IMG/VR virus record: IMGVR_UViG_3300008262_000001
Strand: one strand, 5' to 3'
Length of the DNA: 64,000 nt
From: a virus
Taxonomy: Duplodnaviria > Caudoviricetes
The translations under genes were made by a program, and so were the position numbers. The notes below the pieces were generated by a model, which was not told where the DNA came from, searched no databases, and was given only the letters and a program-made list of their open reading frames with translations. Below, one piece after another: positions 41,545-50,774 of the stretch (position 1 is its first letter; each line of letters begins with the position of its first letter).

Positions 41545-42842
41545 TCATTCATTATTTGGGAATTTGGGTCTTCGGAAATTCTCATAAAAGAATAGTCTAC
41601 CAAAAATTTCTTATAAGAGTTTTTATATCCCTCGTCCCTATTGGCTAATAGCTTCAATTTATATTCTCCGTTACTGTACATTAAAGGATCTTGAATTATA
41701 CCAAACATACCATCCACAGTAGCAACAAGACCAGAAGATTCAGAAGCTGAGTTCATGCTTAAATCTGTAGCATCGAATTCGCTTTGCTTGGTTTGTGTTG
41801 CCGTAACAATAGCCCAATGGTTTCTTTGTGCAGCTGCCCTTAAATCTTCAGCAATCTGCTTGATCTTCATGTAAGTATTTTCGGAGTTTGGATTTCTCCA
41901 GTTTTTCATAATATTGATGTAGTCAATAATTACGATCTTGAACTTAATACCTTGTATTTGTTCAACTTTGTTCAACCAATTTTCAACATCAATTGCTGAA
42001 GCTTGTGATGTTGGAAACTCCTTAACTACAAGTTCACCTGGGCTTTTCAGATTTTCAAAACCAAGATTTGTTATCTTCTTTTTGATCAAGGAATCGTTCT
42101 CTGCACTTTCCTTGTATTCTGACATTTTAATACCTAGGAGGTTAGCTCCTAATCTTTTCATGTACTTCCTGTCATTAAGCTCTAGAGTGATAATTGCAAC
42201 ATTATTAGATGCTCTAATTGCTTGTGTTGCTATGTTTCCAAGCCATAAAGTTTTACCAACTTTTGGTTGTCCTAACAAGACATAAAGGCCTTTTGCAGAA
42301 AATCCACCGCCTAAACAAAAATCTATATAGTCATAACCACTTGAGAAAGTTAAGTTACTTGGCTGTTTATGTGATTCTGGATCTTTAAAGTTAAGACCCA
42401 TATCAAATGAAAAGTCGACTTTGTTTCTGTCGACTACTATTGATTTGTAAGTGTTAATTACATCTTTAATATTATCAGGGCTTACTTCAGTGCTCCTAAT
42501 ATAATTAATTGAGTCAACTGCACTCTTTTCCAGAGTTTTCCATTCTATCCAAGATTCAACATTTTGCTGGAGCCACTCTTTGTCGTAATCTTCAAGGTTT
42601 ATGCTCCACATAGAATCAAGCAAAGAATCCTGGAGTTTGTCATCAATTTTTAAAAGTTTTGCAGCTTCTCTGACTTGAATTTTACTTGGGATCTGTTGGT
42701 ATTTTTTCCAGAAAGATTTTACTACTTTAAATGCTTCCTGATAATCAGTATTTTTAAAAAAACTAATATCAGTAGCATCAATATAAGCTGGGTTTTGTAT
42801 TACCGATCTAAACCAAATATTTTCTAAGTGTTGATTCTGCAT
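41541..42842 (-). CDS. gp41: Replicative DnaB-like helicase (T4 gp41)
   Basis: GQPKVGKT, ITLEL, VKEFPT, IIDYINIM, ATQT, SES.GL..TVD. Confidence 0.92.
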   Translation of the reverse strand: MQNQHLENIWFRSVIQNPAYIDATDISFFKNTDYQEAFKVVKSFWKKYQQIPSKIQVREAAKLLKIDDKLQDSLLDSMWSINLEDYDKEWLQQNVESWIEWKTLEKSAVDSINYIRSTEVSPDNIKDVINTYKSIVVDRNKVDFSFDMGLNFKDPESHKQPSNLTFSSGYDYIDFCLGGGFSAKGLYVLLGQPKVGKTLWLGNIATQAIRASNNVAIITLELNDRKYMKRLGANLLGIKMSEYKESAENDSLIKKKITNLGFENLKSPGELVVKEFPTSQASAIDVENWLNKVEQIQGIKFKIVIIDYINIMKNWRNPNSENTYMKIKQIAEDLRAAAQRNHWAIVTATQTKQSEFDATDLSMNSASESSGLVATVDGMFGIIQDPLMYSNGEYKLKLLANRDEGYKNSYKKFLVDYSFMRISEDPNSQIMND

Positions 42843-42844
42843 TT

Positions 42845-43138
42845 TTAATAGTGTGGATTGTCCTTTATTTTATACCAATTTTTGTTTCCTGTATTTTTCT
42901 CTGTTTTTTCAAAAACTCCAGTTTCTATAAGTTCCTTTACTAATTCTCCATGTTTGAGTACTTCCCAATCTTGTGGTAAAAACGAGTTGAATGTCTGATC
43001 TGAAAAATCTCCATCAGGTCTACCATCTTTAATCAGATAGAAGTTTAGCTCATAAATAATATCTTCTTTGGTCGGATATTCAGGAAGGTCTTTCCATATT
43101 CCGAGAAGATACTTAAGCTTAATTTTCTCCTTCTGCAT
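42845..43138 (-). CDS. Hypothetical protein
   Basis: Coupled ORF between uvsX and the helicase. Confidence 0.55.
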   Translation of the reverse strand: MQKEKIKLKYLLGIWKDLPEYPTKEDIIYELNFYLIKDGRPDGDFSDQTFNSFLPQDWEVLKHGELVKELIETGVFEKTEKNTGNKNWYKIKDNPHY

Positions 43139-44294
43139 TTTCCTCAGAATTTGTTTCAGTTTCTTGTCCCTCTAAAAGCTCTTCAAATTCTTTCTCGTCG
43201 AAAAGATCAGGCAATTTAAAATGCGGACCTATAACCTTTTCATCAATCATTTTAAGAACCTCGTCGGTGAAAACTTCTGATGTAAAAATCTGTGTTGAAG
43301 CAACAGTCTTTCCTAAGTGTCTTACTGCCCATCTTGGAGAGGATTCATTTCCTTCGAATTTCATTTCTCCCGTTTTTTTATCAACCTCCAATTTACCTCT
43401 TTGTATGCCGCACGTTTCCCAAGAAACAAAGTCCTGGAGACCAACATATGGATTCATACCATTCATAAATGAAATGTGGAATTTCACAGCATATGGTCTA
43501 GTGAATCTTGCTTTTTTAGGTGTCGAAGTTACTATTATACCAGTTCTGGTATCTCCTTCTTTTAGCTGAGCTTTAGAAAGCATTATAACGTTGCTCATAG
43601 AGAAGATAGGACCATCACCACCTGCAGCTTCTTTAGTAGGCATAAAACCTCCAATGTTTCCAGTGGTCGTGTGGTTTGTACAAATCAATGGGATTTTCAC
43701 TCCGGTTAGATCTAAAGTAATAACTCTGAATAAGGATCTTAATTCCTTAGATCTTATACCCATATCCATCGCACTTTTACCCTTAAGTGCATCGCCAGTT
43801 TCTTTGTCTGTTGATAGCATACCTAAGGAATCCAGCACGATCATAATTTTTGGATCTGCTCCTTCTTTTCTATAACCCTTAACCTTATCAATAAGATTTG
43901 CAACGAATACTTTGAATTCTGCAATTGTTTTAATTGGTTGATAACGAACAGTATTAGCATCAATACCAAACTTTTTAGCACTGCTTTTGTCGATTGCTCC
44001 TTCTGTATCACAGTAAATAACGTTGTAGCCCTTTTTCTGTGCCTCTCTTACAATGTTCATACAAAGGAAGGATTTACCTGTCTGTGGATCGCCTGCTATT
44101 CCCATTGATCGATTGTTGGCTATTCCTCCGAATAAACTCCCTGAAAGCTGTGCATTAAGAAGATAGTTACCAGTTGGTATCCATTCCCCAACCTCTGAGA
44201 AATCGTTGGTCTCTAGAATTGAACCAGTTTCAAATCCTTCTATTTTAGAAAGCTGCTTATCAAGTTCAGCGAACGAAAATTCTTTTTTTGCCAT
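43119..44294 (-). CDS. uvsX: RecA-like recombinase UvsX
   Basis: IPTGNYLLNAQLSG, GDPQTGKS, DTEGAI, VLDSLGML, ICTNH, GGDGP. Confidence 0.92.
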   Translation of the reverse strand: MAKKEFSFAELDKQLSKIEGFETGSILETNDFSEVGEWIPTGNYLLNAQLSGSLFGGIANNRSMGIAGDPQTGKSFLCMNIVREAQKKGYNVIYCDTEGAIDKSSAKKFGIDANTVRYQPIKTIAEFKVFVANLIDKVKGYRKEGADPKIMIVLDSLGMLSTDKETGDALKGKSAMDMGIRSKELRSLFRVITLDLTGVKIPLICTNHTTTGNIGGFMPTKEAAGGDGPIFSMSNVIMLSKAQLKEGDTRTGIIVTSTPKKARFTRPYAVKFHISFMNGMNPYVGLQDFVSWETCGIQRGKLEVDKKTGEMKFEGNESSPRWAVRHLGKTVASTQIFTSEVFTDEVLKMIDEKVIGPHFKLPDLFDEKEFEELLEGQETETNSEENAEGEN

Positions 44295-44305
44295 ATTAAC
44301 TTTAA

Positions 44306-44611
44306 TTATTTAGATATTTTATACTTGGAATTTTTTATTATTTCGGGATCAGAAAGTTTTTCGTTTTCAAATCTACCTGCATATTCACTTAGAATGAAAA
44401 GATCCTTACCTAACTCTGATGCAACTCTTTTTAAAGCGTTATCATCAAGAGTTAAATCTAAATCTCCGTACCAAACTTTACCATCTCCAAGTACAAAAAT
44501 GTTAGCATTAAACATGACATCATTATCTGGGTGATCCTCCCGGTATTGGGATTTAGAGTGACCAATTAATCTTGCTTTGGGTAATCCCTCTTTGTAAAAA
44601 ATTTCTTCCAT
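44306..44611 (-). CDS. Hypothetical protein
   Basis: ORF at the head of the replication operon. Confidence 0.55.
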   Translation of the reverse strand: MEEIFYKEGLPKARLIGHSKSQYREDHPDNDVMFNANIFVLGDGKVWYGDLDLTLDDNALKRVASELGKDLFILSEYAGRFENEKLSDPEIIKNSKYKISK

Positions 44612-44684
44612 ATATTTTATAGTGACGAGTATCTGTTTTGGTTCACAAAAAAAGACCCAAGTGGCCTTTTATTTTCTATACCAA

Positions 44685-44963
44685 TTACTTAGAAGACTGG
44701 AGACGATTAAACATGTTTTGGAGTTCCATTATTTTCTTACAAAACTCGTAGTTTTGGTTAATTTCATTCCATTCCATCATCTTCTGTAATTCCTCTTTTG
44801 TGCTTGCTGGGTCTTGGTTAAATGATTCCTCGAATAAGTAAGAGGAAGAAACCCAAAGTCTAGTTTTCTTGTCTAAATCTATTTTTGGAAAAACTGGTCT
44901 GTCGATACACAAAAAAAATCTGCCATCAGCAGATTTTTTAATGTATTTTCTTGGTTTTCCCAT
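44685..44963 (-). CDS. Hypothetical protein with C-terminal UVR-like helix pair
   Basis: QNYEFCKKIMELQN; GAAAC-N17-TATAAT upstream. Confidence 0.5.
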   Translation of the reverse strand: MGKPRKYIKKSADGRFFLCIDRPVFPKIDLDKKTRLWVSSSYLFEESFNQDPASTKEELQKMMEWNEINQNYEFCKKIMELQNMFNRLQSSK

Positions 44964-45003
44964 ATCTTATTATATCGGAAAACCTCAATAAGTTTCTTCT
45001 AAT

Positions 45004-45246
45004 TTAATCTTGAGCTTTCAAGCACCACTGTACCTTTTGGAGCTTTGCACACTTTTCATATTCCTCTTTTGATTCAAAGTGCTCAATAAGTTTATCTAGC
45101 AAATCTGTGTCTTTATACTTATACAGTGGGCTAGTTTTTTGGAAGGCCTTAACTCCCATTAGCACGATGTGTTCGAAAATTTTCTCAGATTCTTGGTCGT
45201 ATTGTTGATCTAAAATTTCTGAAAGCTTTTGTTCGTTGTTAGCCAT
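45004..45246 (-). CDS. Small protein with UvrB/UvrC (UVR)-like motif
   Basis: LIEHFESKEEYEKCAKLQK; TAAATTTG upstream. Confidence 0.55.
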   Translation of the reverse strand: MANNEQKLSEILDQQYDQESEKIFEHIVLMGVKAFQKTSPLYKYKDTDLLDKLIEHFESKEEYEKCAKLQKVQWCLKAQD

Positions 45247-45309
45247 AGATTTTTTGTTTTTAATGATGGAACAAATTTAGAACAATCTACTGGATAAAAA
45301 AAATGTTTT

Positions 45310-45669
45310 CTAAATTTTCCCAGATTTTTGGTAGTTAGTACAAATTTCTTCCCCTTCAAATATATCCCTAGTTGCAAAGAAAATAAACTTCAGTTTCTTT
45401 GTGTCTGTTTCCCAATCTGCATTAGGACTATCATCTGAGTGGTTGAAGATACTACCGAACCCTAAACAAACTGCAAAATTTTCGCTTGTTCTTTTTGGCC
45501 AGCTGAAGAAATGATCATGTAATATTTGTGGATACTGGACATCAGATGGAACAAGAAAAAAATGGCATTCCTCAAGTATCTCTCCTGCTTTTATTAACTC
45601 AGAAGCAAAAACCCCTCTGCCATGAACTGGGGAATCATCCACGTATATTTTTTTAGAACGATATAACAT
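45310..45669 (-). CDS. SET-domain protein lysine methyltransferase
   Basis: SPVHGRGVFA..LIKAGE, GSIFNHS..PNA, FFATRDIFEGEEICTNY (motifs GxG, NHS, EExxxxY). Confidence 0.85.
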   Translation of the reverse strand: MLYRSKKIYVDDSPVHGRGVFASELIKAGEILEECHFFLVPSDVQYPQILHDHFFSWPKRTSENFAVCLGFGSIFNHSDDSPNADWETDTKKLKFIFFATRDIFEGEEICTNYQKSGKI

Positions 45670-45745
45670 TTGTTTTGTCTTTGTATTTTATATAGAGCTA
45701 AGAATTAAAAAAATTTCTTATGCTGAATATATAAAAGAAAAAAAG

Positions 45746-46510
45746 ATGGAGAATCTTGCGTCTATAGAAGAGTTCTTAAATGAGAACAAAATCTTCTTCA
45801 CCCCTCAACAAATACAGGAATCTTTGGATTATCTAAACTCAGAAGATCCTGTATTATTAGAGGCTTGGTATAATACTATTTTAGATTTTGCTGCTTTAAT
45901 TCCAGGTGTGGGATCAATAGCAGAAGGTATCAACTTAGTCTCTTATGCTAAGCAAGGTGAGTATCTTCTTGCAGGTCTCTGTGCAATCGGCCTGATTCCG
46001 ATTTTTGGTCAATATATTGGAGCTGGTGGAACTTTATTAATAAAAGCTCTGGGTAAAGGTTCAACAATAGGTAAGGGAATTTTGAAACCACTAGTTAATC
46101 TAGTAGCTAAATTCTTCCCAAAAATTGTTGCTTTCTTCAAAAGCTCTAAATTTCTTTCTAAATTTTCAGGGATTTCCCCATTCATTGGAAAAATGCTTGG
46201 ATCTTTGAAAAATTTCGTCACAAGTGGAGGTGCTAAGTTAGCAAATTTAGCAAAAGACGCATCAAAAATCAAAAGCCTTAAAAGAGAAGCTAGAAATCTT
46301 AAGCAAGGAGTGAAAATAACAGATTGGGTGTTTGGATCCAATGACAAACCACAAACCGGAGGATTTGCTCAACAACCGCAATATCAAATTCCAGTTCCTA
46401 AAGATGCTTATATGTCTTATCAAGGAGTTCCTCTTCAGAACATTAGACCATATACAGACATGGAAATTTCACAAGCTGAAATGGCTCAGAACTGGGAGCA
46501 ATACCTATAA
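45746..46510 (+). CDS. Putative head-packaged protein with a pre-toxin TG (PT-TG)-like hydrophobic hairpin
   Basis: N-terminus IEEFLNE; LDFAALIPGVGSIAEGINLVSYAKQGEYLLAGLCAIGLIP; late promoter and own terminator. Confidence 0.6.
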   Translation: MENLASIEEFLNENKIFFTPQQIQESLDYLNSEDPVLLEAWYNTILDFAALIPGVGSIAEGINLVSYAKQGEYLLAGLCAIGLIPIFGQYIGAGGTLLIKALGKGSTIGKGILKPLVNLVAKFFPKIVAFFKSSKFLSKFSGISPFIGKMLGSLKNFVTSGGAKLANLAKDASKIKSLKREARNLKQGVKITDWVFGSNDKPQTGGFAQQPQYQIPVPKDAYMSYQGVPLQNIRPYTDMEISQAEMAQNWEQYL

Positions 46511-46515
46511 AAAAT

Positions 46516-46541
46516 AAAACCCCGGATATCCGGGGTTTTTT
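46516..46541. terminator. Bidirectional terminator
   Basis: AAAACCCCGG-ATAT-CCGGGGTTTT between convergent genes. Confidence 0.85.
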
Positions 46542-46619
46542 GTGAGATCTTGTTTGCTTAACGTGTAATATAATGCACGAAAACACGAGATTTGCGCATT
46601 TTAAAACACGTTATAAAGC

Positions 46620-47438
46620 TTAAAACTTTTCTCCGCAGTCTGGACAGAATTTCCAAGAATCCTTTTTGATCCTGTTACCACAACCAGTGCAGTAGTTTCT
46701 GAGTTTTTCAATTTCTACTGGTTTACAAGACTCTGGCGTCAATCGATAAGATATGCTATTCGAAGCAAATCCACTATAGTTGCCAAATGTTTGAGTCATT
46801 GATTGTTCACTAGATTCACCCTTTTCAACTTTGCCTGTTTCAATGGAGCTATTAGAAGCATTCGAACCCTTAATATTAGATTCTCCAACTGAAGGTGAAG
46901 TGAAACAGCTTACATTGTTAACAGTCGTTCCACCAAAGGAAATAGGGTTTCCTGAAATACCAGAATATCCAATATTTTCTGATGTTAGGGTATTAGTTGT
47001 TAATCCCCCAGTGTATGTAAAATATGATCCTGGTAGGTTTGTTGTATAACTAGGATAAACAGTGAAATATCCAGTGGTTGAATTCTCTGGATAAAAGCTA
47101 ATCTCGACTAAACCATTATTAACTATCGCATTAAGAGCTTCATTACTGTTTTCAATTTCATATGTTTCAAAAACAAATTTGTTATTTGAGTCAATGAATC
47201 TTTCGAGGTAAACTCTTTGTCCTGGTTTAAGAACAATACCAGAATTAGAAATTTGTTTTCCATCGATACTGATCTTAGCAAGATAGTTGATCGTGTTTGG
47301 ATTGAAGAGCTCGATCTCAAACCTTTGTCCATCTTTTAGATAAACTGCATTTCCGTAAATTTTAGATCTGTTACGGTTTGTTGTGATGTGGGCGGTACAA
47401 GATCCATACCCGCCAGTACTTGACGTTGTTAAATTCAT
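46620..47438 (-). CDS. Hypothetical protein with C-terminal zinc ribbon
   Basis: CTGCG...FCPDCG; middle-type promoter at 47539-47566. Confidence 0.6.
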   Translation of the reverse strand: MNLTTSSTGGYGSCTAHITTNRNRSKIYGNAVYLKDGQRFEIELFNPNTINYLAKISIDGKQISNSGIVLKPGQRVYLERFIDSNNKFVFETYEIENSNEALNAIVNNGLVEISFYPENSTTGYFTVYPSYTTNLPGSYFTYTGGLTTNTLTSENIGYSGISGNPISFGGTTVNNVSCFTSPSVGESNIKGSNASNSSIETGKVEKGESSEQSMTQTFGNYSGFASNSISYRLTPESCKPVEIEKLRNYCTGCGNRIKKDSWKFCPDCGEKF

Positions 47439-47580
47439 AAATTTTTTGTTATTTAATTTTTGCCCCTTCCTTTGTGTCCATTTCTGAAAACTCTACGGTT
47501 TGTTGACCGGGAAGTGACTAGAAAAAATCTAGTTCTAATTTATATATGGATGGCTTCTAAAGTTTCAAAAATGAAGTGAC

Positions 47581-47931
47581 CTATTTTTGCTTCTTAGGTC
47601 TTCCTCTTTTTGGCTCTGTACTTTGCTTAGAAGATGCTGAGTCTTTTTTCTTAGCAGGTTTCTTCTTCTTTCTTTTTATTACAACTATTTCATCAACATC
47701 ACCTTCATCTTTAGTGACCTTAGACCCTGAAGACTTCTTATTAGTATACTTTGCAACAAACTGCTTGGTTTTACTTTCCTCTATGTTGACTGGCTCATCC
47801 TCAATGTGTATAACTTTAGGCTGACATCTTTCACATCTACCGCAACAACATCCAGTGGGACAGTTGCAATAAAATTTAGGCTCTTCTTTTTTACCAAAAA
47901 GATTTTTGAAAAAATTTACAATAGCGTTCAT
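47581..47931 (-). CDS. Hypothetical protein with a Cys cluster and basic C-terminus
   Basis: CNCPTGCCCGRCERC. Confidence 0.5.
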   Translation of the reverse strand: MNAIVNFFKNLFGKKEEPKFYCNCPTGCCCGRCERCQPKVIHIEDEPVNIEESKTKQFVAKYTNKKSSGSKVTKDEGDVDEIVVIKRKKKKPAKKKDSASSKQSTEPKRGRPKKQK

Positions 47932-47947
47932 AAAATATTTTTTCTAT

Positions 47948-48754
47948 CTATCCTTTTTGCTTAGACTTCTGTGTTTCTTCCTCGTCTTGTGGCTGAATCT
48001 CACTGGGAGCAGCTGGATTTTCAGAATTAATAATTAAGTCTTGGATGTATTCAAGTGGTTTCTTAATACCATAAATTCCTGGCTCAGCTAATGCACCAGT
48101 AAAGTTCCCAAGTGAACCTTTTTGACTATCAGTCATTTCATTTTCTGACTTGAAAATTTGATCTATATAATCGTAATAGTCCTTTTTGTTTTTGCTCAAG
48201 TTCGATGCAAATCCTTTGAAAAGATCTGGGTTTTTTTCAATCATAAACCTAGGAAAATTCCATTCCCAATCTTTTTTAATTATTTCCGGATATAAAGTCA
48301 AAGCAGCAAAATCACCAGCTGTGATAGGTCTTTGTAATTTCATTCTTTCAATCCAAGTTTTATAATAGGAACAAACAAGGTCAAGCTGATCAATATTGGA
48401 AAGTTGTAAAACGTCTTGTGGAGTATAGTTCTTTCCGGTTTCCGGATTTACCATGTTTTTTAAAACCTCAGGATAAAAAGAAAGTAAACCTACTGCTCCA
48501 GTAGACTTGTCAGTCTTTTTAGGATCAAAATCACTTTCGTGAAATATAGTGTGGAGTAACCAAACTGGGTCTATTCCCAAGTCCTTAGAAATAGTAACTA
48601 GTTTTTTTAAGAATTCTTGTCGATTTTCTTTGATGTGTTCAGAATATGGAAGAGCAACAACGGTCTGTTCCATGTAAGAGTCAGGTTCCATTTTTTGAAC
48701 CCTAATACTTTCCGATAATCTTTTAAAATCCTGAAATTTTTGGATGTGATTCAT
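47948..48754 (-). CDS. Lysozyme-like / SLT-type transglycosylase, probably virion-associated
   Basis: LGIDPVWLLHTIFHESDFDP...TGAVGLLSF (catalytic Glu in FHES), QLDLV..YY; GATATATA at 48762-48769. Confidence 0.7.
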   Translation of the reverse strand: MNHIQKFQDFKRLSESIRVQKMEPDSYMEQTVVALPYSEHIKENRQEFLKKLVTISKDLGIDPVWLLHTIFHESDFDPKKTDKSTGAVGLLSFYPEVLKNMVNPETGKNYTPQDVLQLSNIDQLDLVCSYYKTWIERMKLQRPITAGDFAALTLYPEIIKKDWEWNFPRFMIEKNPDLFKGFASNLSKNKKDYYDYIDQIFKSENEMTDSQKGSLGNFTGALAEPGIYGIKKPLEYIQDLIINSENPAAPSEIQPQDEEETQKSKQKG

Positions 48755-48770
48755 TACATCCTATATATCC

Positions 48771-49565
48771 CTATATGTTTTTAGCAAGCATTGGTTTTTC
48801 ACTTGCCCATGCGTGTAAGGATGTTATGTGCATTGTTAGAGTTCCTGGTTTTACATTTTTCCAGGTTTCTGGATCTTCTTGTTGCAGTTGTTCAATGAGC
48901 CAAAATAATTTTCTAGCACAAAGGTAAATGTCATCTCTGAAATGTCTGAAGAAATCACAAGATCTTATGTAATATACAACATGCACCCAATCAAATCTTC
49001 TTATGAAATGATAGCCAATAGTGCAAGGAACTCTTTCACCGTGGACTGATCCTGTATCTTCAGGAAACCAGATAGGAAGAAAAGCTTGTCTTGTAAAAGG
49101 CTCTTTTTTCATTAGATCGACAACATCTTTGAAATCACCATATTCATATCTAATGCCCATCATCTTATCCGAATCTAGACCTTTTTCTATCTCCCCATAT
49201 TTTGGCCAAATTCTTTCTGGATAAGTGTGTGAGAATTTTTCAAGGCCTCCAAACTCCGCATTATTTTTCTGAGCATAAGGCCATCTCTCGTGTGATGGAG
49301 GGGGATTCAAAGGAATACCACTAACCCTCTCTTCAAAATGTTCATCAGCCCAAGCAACATTAGGCTTAATTTGGTCTTTTAACCCCTCCAAATCCGTCGT
49401 TATTTGACAACTAAAAGAATGATTAAGAATTTCAATCATTGCATACTTAGGATCACTTTTAATGTCCTTAGCTTGCCATTTTTCTGTGTGGACAACATAA
49501 GAAAGATCATTCATCTGTTGAGCTGTCCAACTAATAGCATTTTTAAAGTTACCAAATTTTTTCAT
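48771..49565 (-). CDS. Thymidylate-synthase-fold dNMP modifier, likely dCMP hydroxymethylase/methylase type
   Basis: TRQA, catalytic VPCT, YIRSCD followed by Asp at the +8 specificity position (RSCDFFRHFRDD), SLHAW. Confidence 0.7.
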   Translation of the reverse strand: MKKFGNFKNAISWTAQQMNDLSYVVHTEKWQAKDIKSDPKYAMIEILNHSFSCQITTDLEGLKDQIKPNVAWADEHFEERVSGIPLNPPPSHERWPYAQKNNAEFGGLEKFSHTYPERIWPKYGEIEKGLDSDKMMGIRYEYGDFKDVVDLMKKEPFTRQAFLPIWFPEDTGSVHGERVPCTIGYHFIRRFDWVHVVYYIRSCDFFRHFRDDIYLCARKLFWLIEQLQQEDPETWKNVKPGTLTMHITSLHAWASEKPMLAKNI

Positions 49566-49582
49566 ACTGTTTATCTCATCCT

Positions 49583-49610
49583 ATTATACCAGATCTAAAG
49601 GTTCTGTTTC
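49583..49610 (-). promoter_or_regulatory. Putative middle promoter GAAAC-N17-TATAAT (representative)
   Basis: Same spacing at 19423-19450, 44969-44996, 7351-7378 (TAAAAT), 47539-47566 (TATAAA), 4978-5005 (AAAAC/TATACT); N18 variants at 52546-52574 and 61352-61380. Confidence 0.7.
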
Positions 49611-49611
49611 T

Positions 49612-50676
49612 TTATTTGTGAAATCTATCGAAAGAATTTTTTGTGATCTGGTTGAATCTCACCTTTCCACAAAATTCACCTAAAGTCAAACAATCTGTAT
49701 AACTCATGGCAGATTTAAGATAATCAGAGAAATTTTCTACCCAGCCTGATAAAGTATATTCTACTGGTTGGATTTTGCTAATACCCTCTGAAGTTTTTAA
49801 CTCACTTCGGCCTAAACTTTTTTGGACCTCTTTAGTTGACATACCTCTGAACTTCTTAAAATATTTTCTGCCCATTAAAAACTGCTCTTTGACTTCAGCA
49901 GAAAATTGATCTACTTTTTCCCCAGGATCTGTCCAAAAGTCATATTTTCTATTTTCTTCAAATGTCTCACCAGCACTTTCAAGTGTTTTGTTCAGCATAC
50001 TTCCAAGCATTACATAGTCTGCTCCCAAAGCCAATGCTTTGATTATATCTGAGTATTTTTTAAATCCACCATCAGCAACTATTTTGGTAGAGAGATTTCT
50101 TTCTTGTTGTAGTTTGTATGTGTCATGAATCAATGAGGCCATTGGATAACCCACACCCGTTTGCACTGTGGTTAAACAACCTGCTCCATTACCTATGCCC
50201 ATTCTAACATAATCAGCACCAGACTGAGCAAGTGATAAGTAGGTCAAGGGGTTAGCACAGTTACCAACCATCAGAACCAATTGTCTATCATATATTTCTT
50301 TGGCCTGCTCTAAAAGATCTTTAACTATCCTCATGTGTCCGTTAGCTATATCAATCAAAGCATACATTTTATCCTTTGGATGGAGCTCAATTGGATTGTC
50401 TATAAAAATTCTTTTGAAATCGTCAAGTCCATAGGAAAACCAAATTTTATGATCTGTGGAAAAATCAGTTTGTAATGGATTGGCTTTTCTTGGAAGAATT
50501 GAGTAGATCTTATGATCATTAAAAATATTACAGTTGTTTTCACTAATTACCGTATCCATTGGTGCAGTAAACAAAGGAAGCATTTGTTTTTCTTCTAAAA
50601 TATCTACCTTCTTTCTCGAATTAATACTAGTATGTAATTCTGGTTCTATCAGAATGTCGTCAAAATCAAAAAGCAT
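49612..50676 (-). CDS. guaC: GMP reductase / IMPDH-family oxidoreductase
   Basis: FDDILIEP, APMDTV, IDIANGH, GADYVRMGIGNGAGCLT..QTGVGYP, IVADGG, KALALGADYVMLG. Confidence 0.8.
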   Translation of the reverse strand: MLFDFDDILIEPELHTSINSRKKVDILEEKQMLPLFTAPMDTVISENNCNIFNDHKIYSILPRKANPLQTDFSTDHKIWFSYGLDDFKRIFIDNPIELHPKDKMYALIDIANGHMRIVKDLLEQAKEIYDRQLVLMVGNCANPLTYLSLAQSGADYVRMGIGNGAGCLTTVQTGVGYPMASLIHDTYKLQQERNLSTKIVADGGFKKYSDIIKALALGADYVMLGSMLNKTLESAGETFEENRKYDFWTDPGEKVDQFSAEVKEQFLMGRKYFKKFRGMSTKEVQKSLGRSELKTSEGISKIQPVEYTLSGWVENFSDYLKSAMSYTDCLTLGEFCGKVRFNQITKNSFDRFHK

Positions 50677-50774
50677 CTTGGGTTTTATCTTTTTAGATCT
50701 TTTACTAAAAAGATTTCTAATATGGATAACTCTATTTAGAAATAGAAATACGATATATACAATAAAAAATTAGG

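Noticed and set aside
47465-47510. Resemblance of CAAACC...GGACACAAAG to a c-di-GMP-I riboswitch
   Set aside because: The GNRA-capped stem and the second conserved stem are not present; kept only as an unassigned leader.
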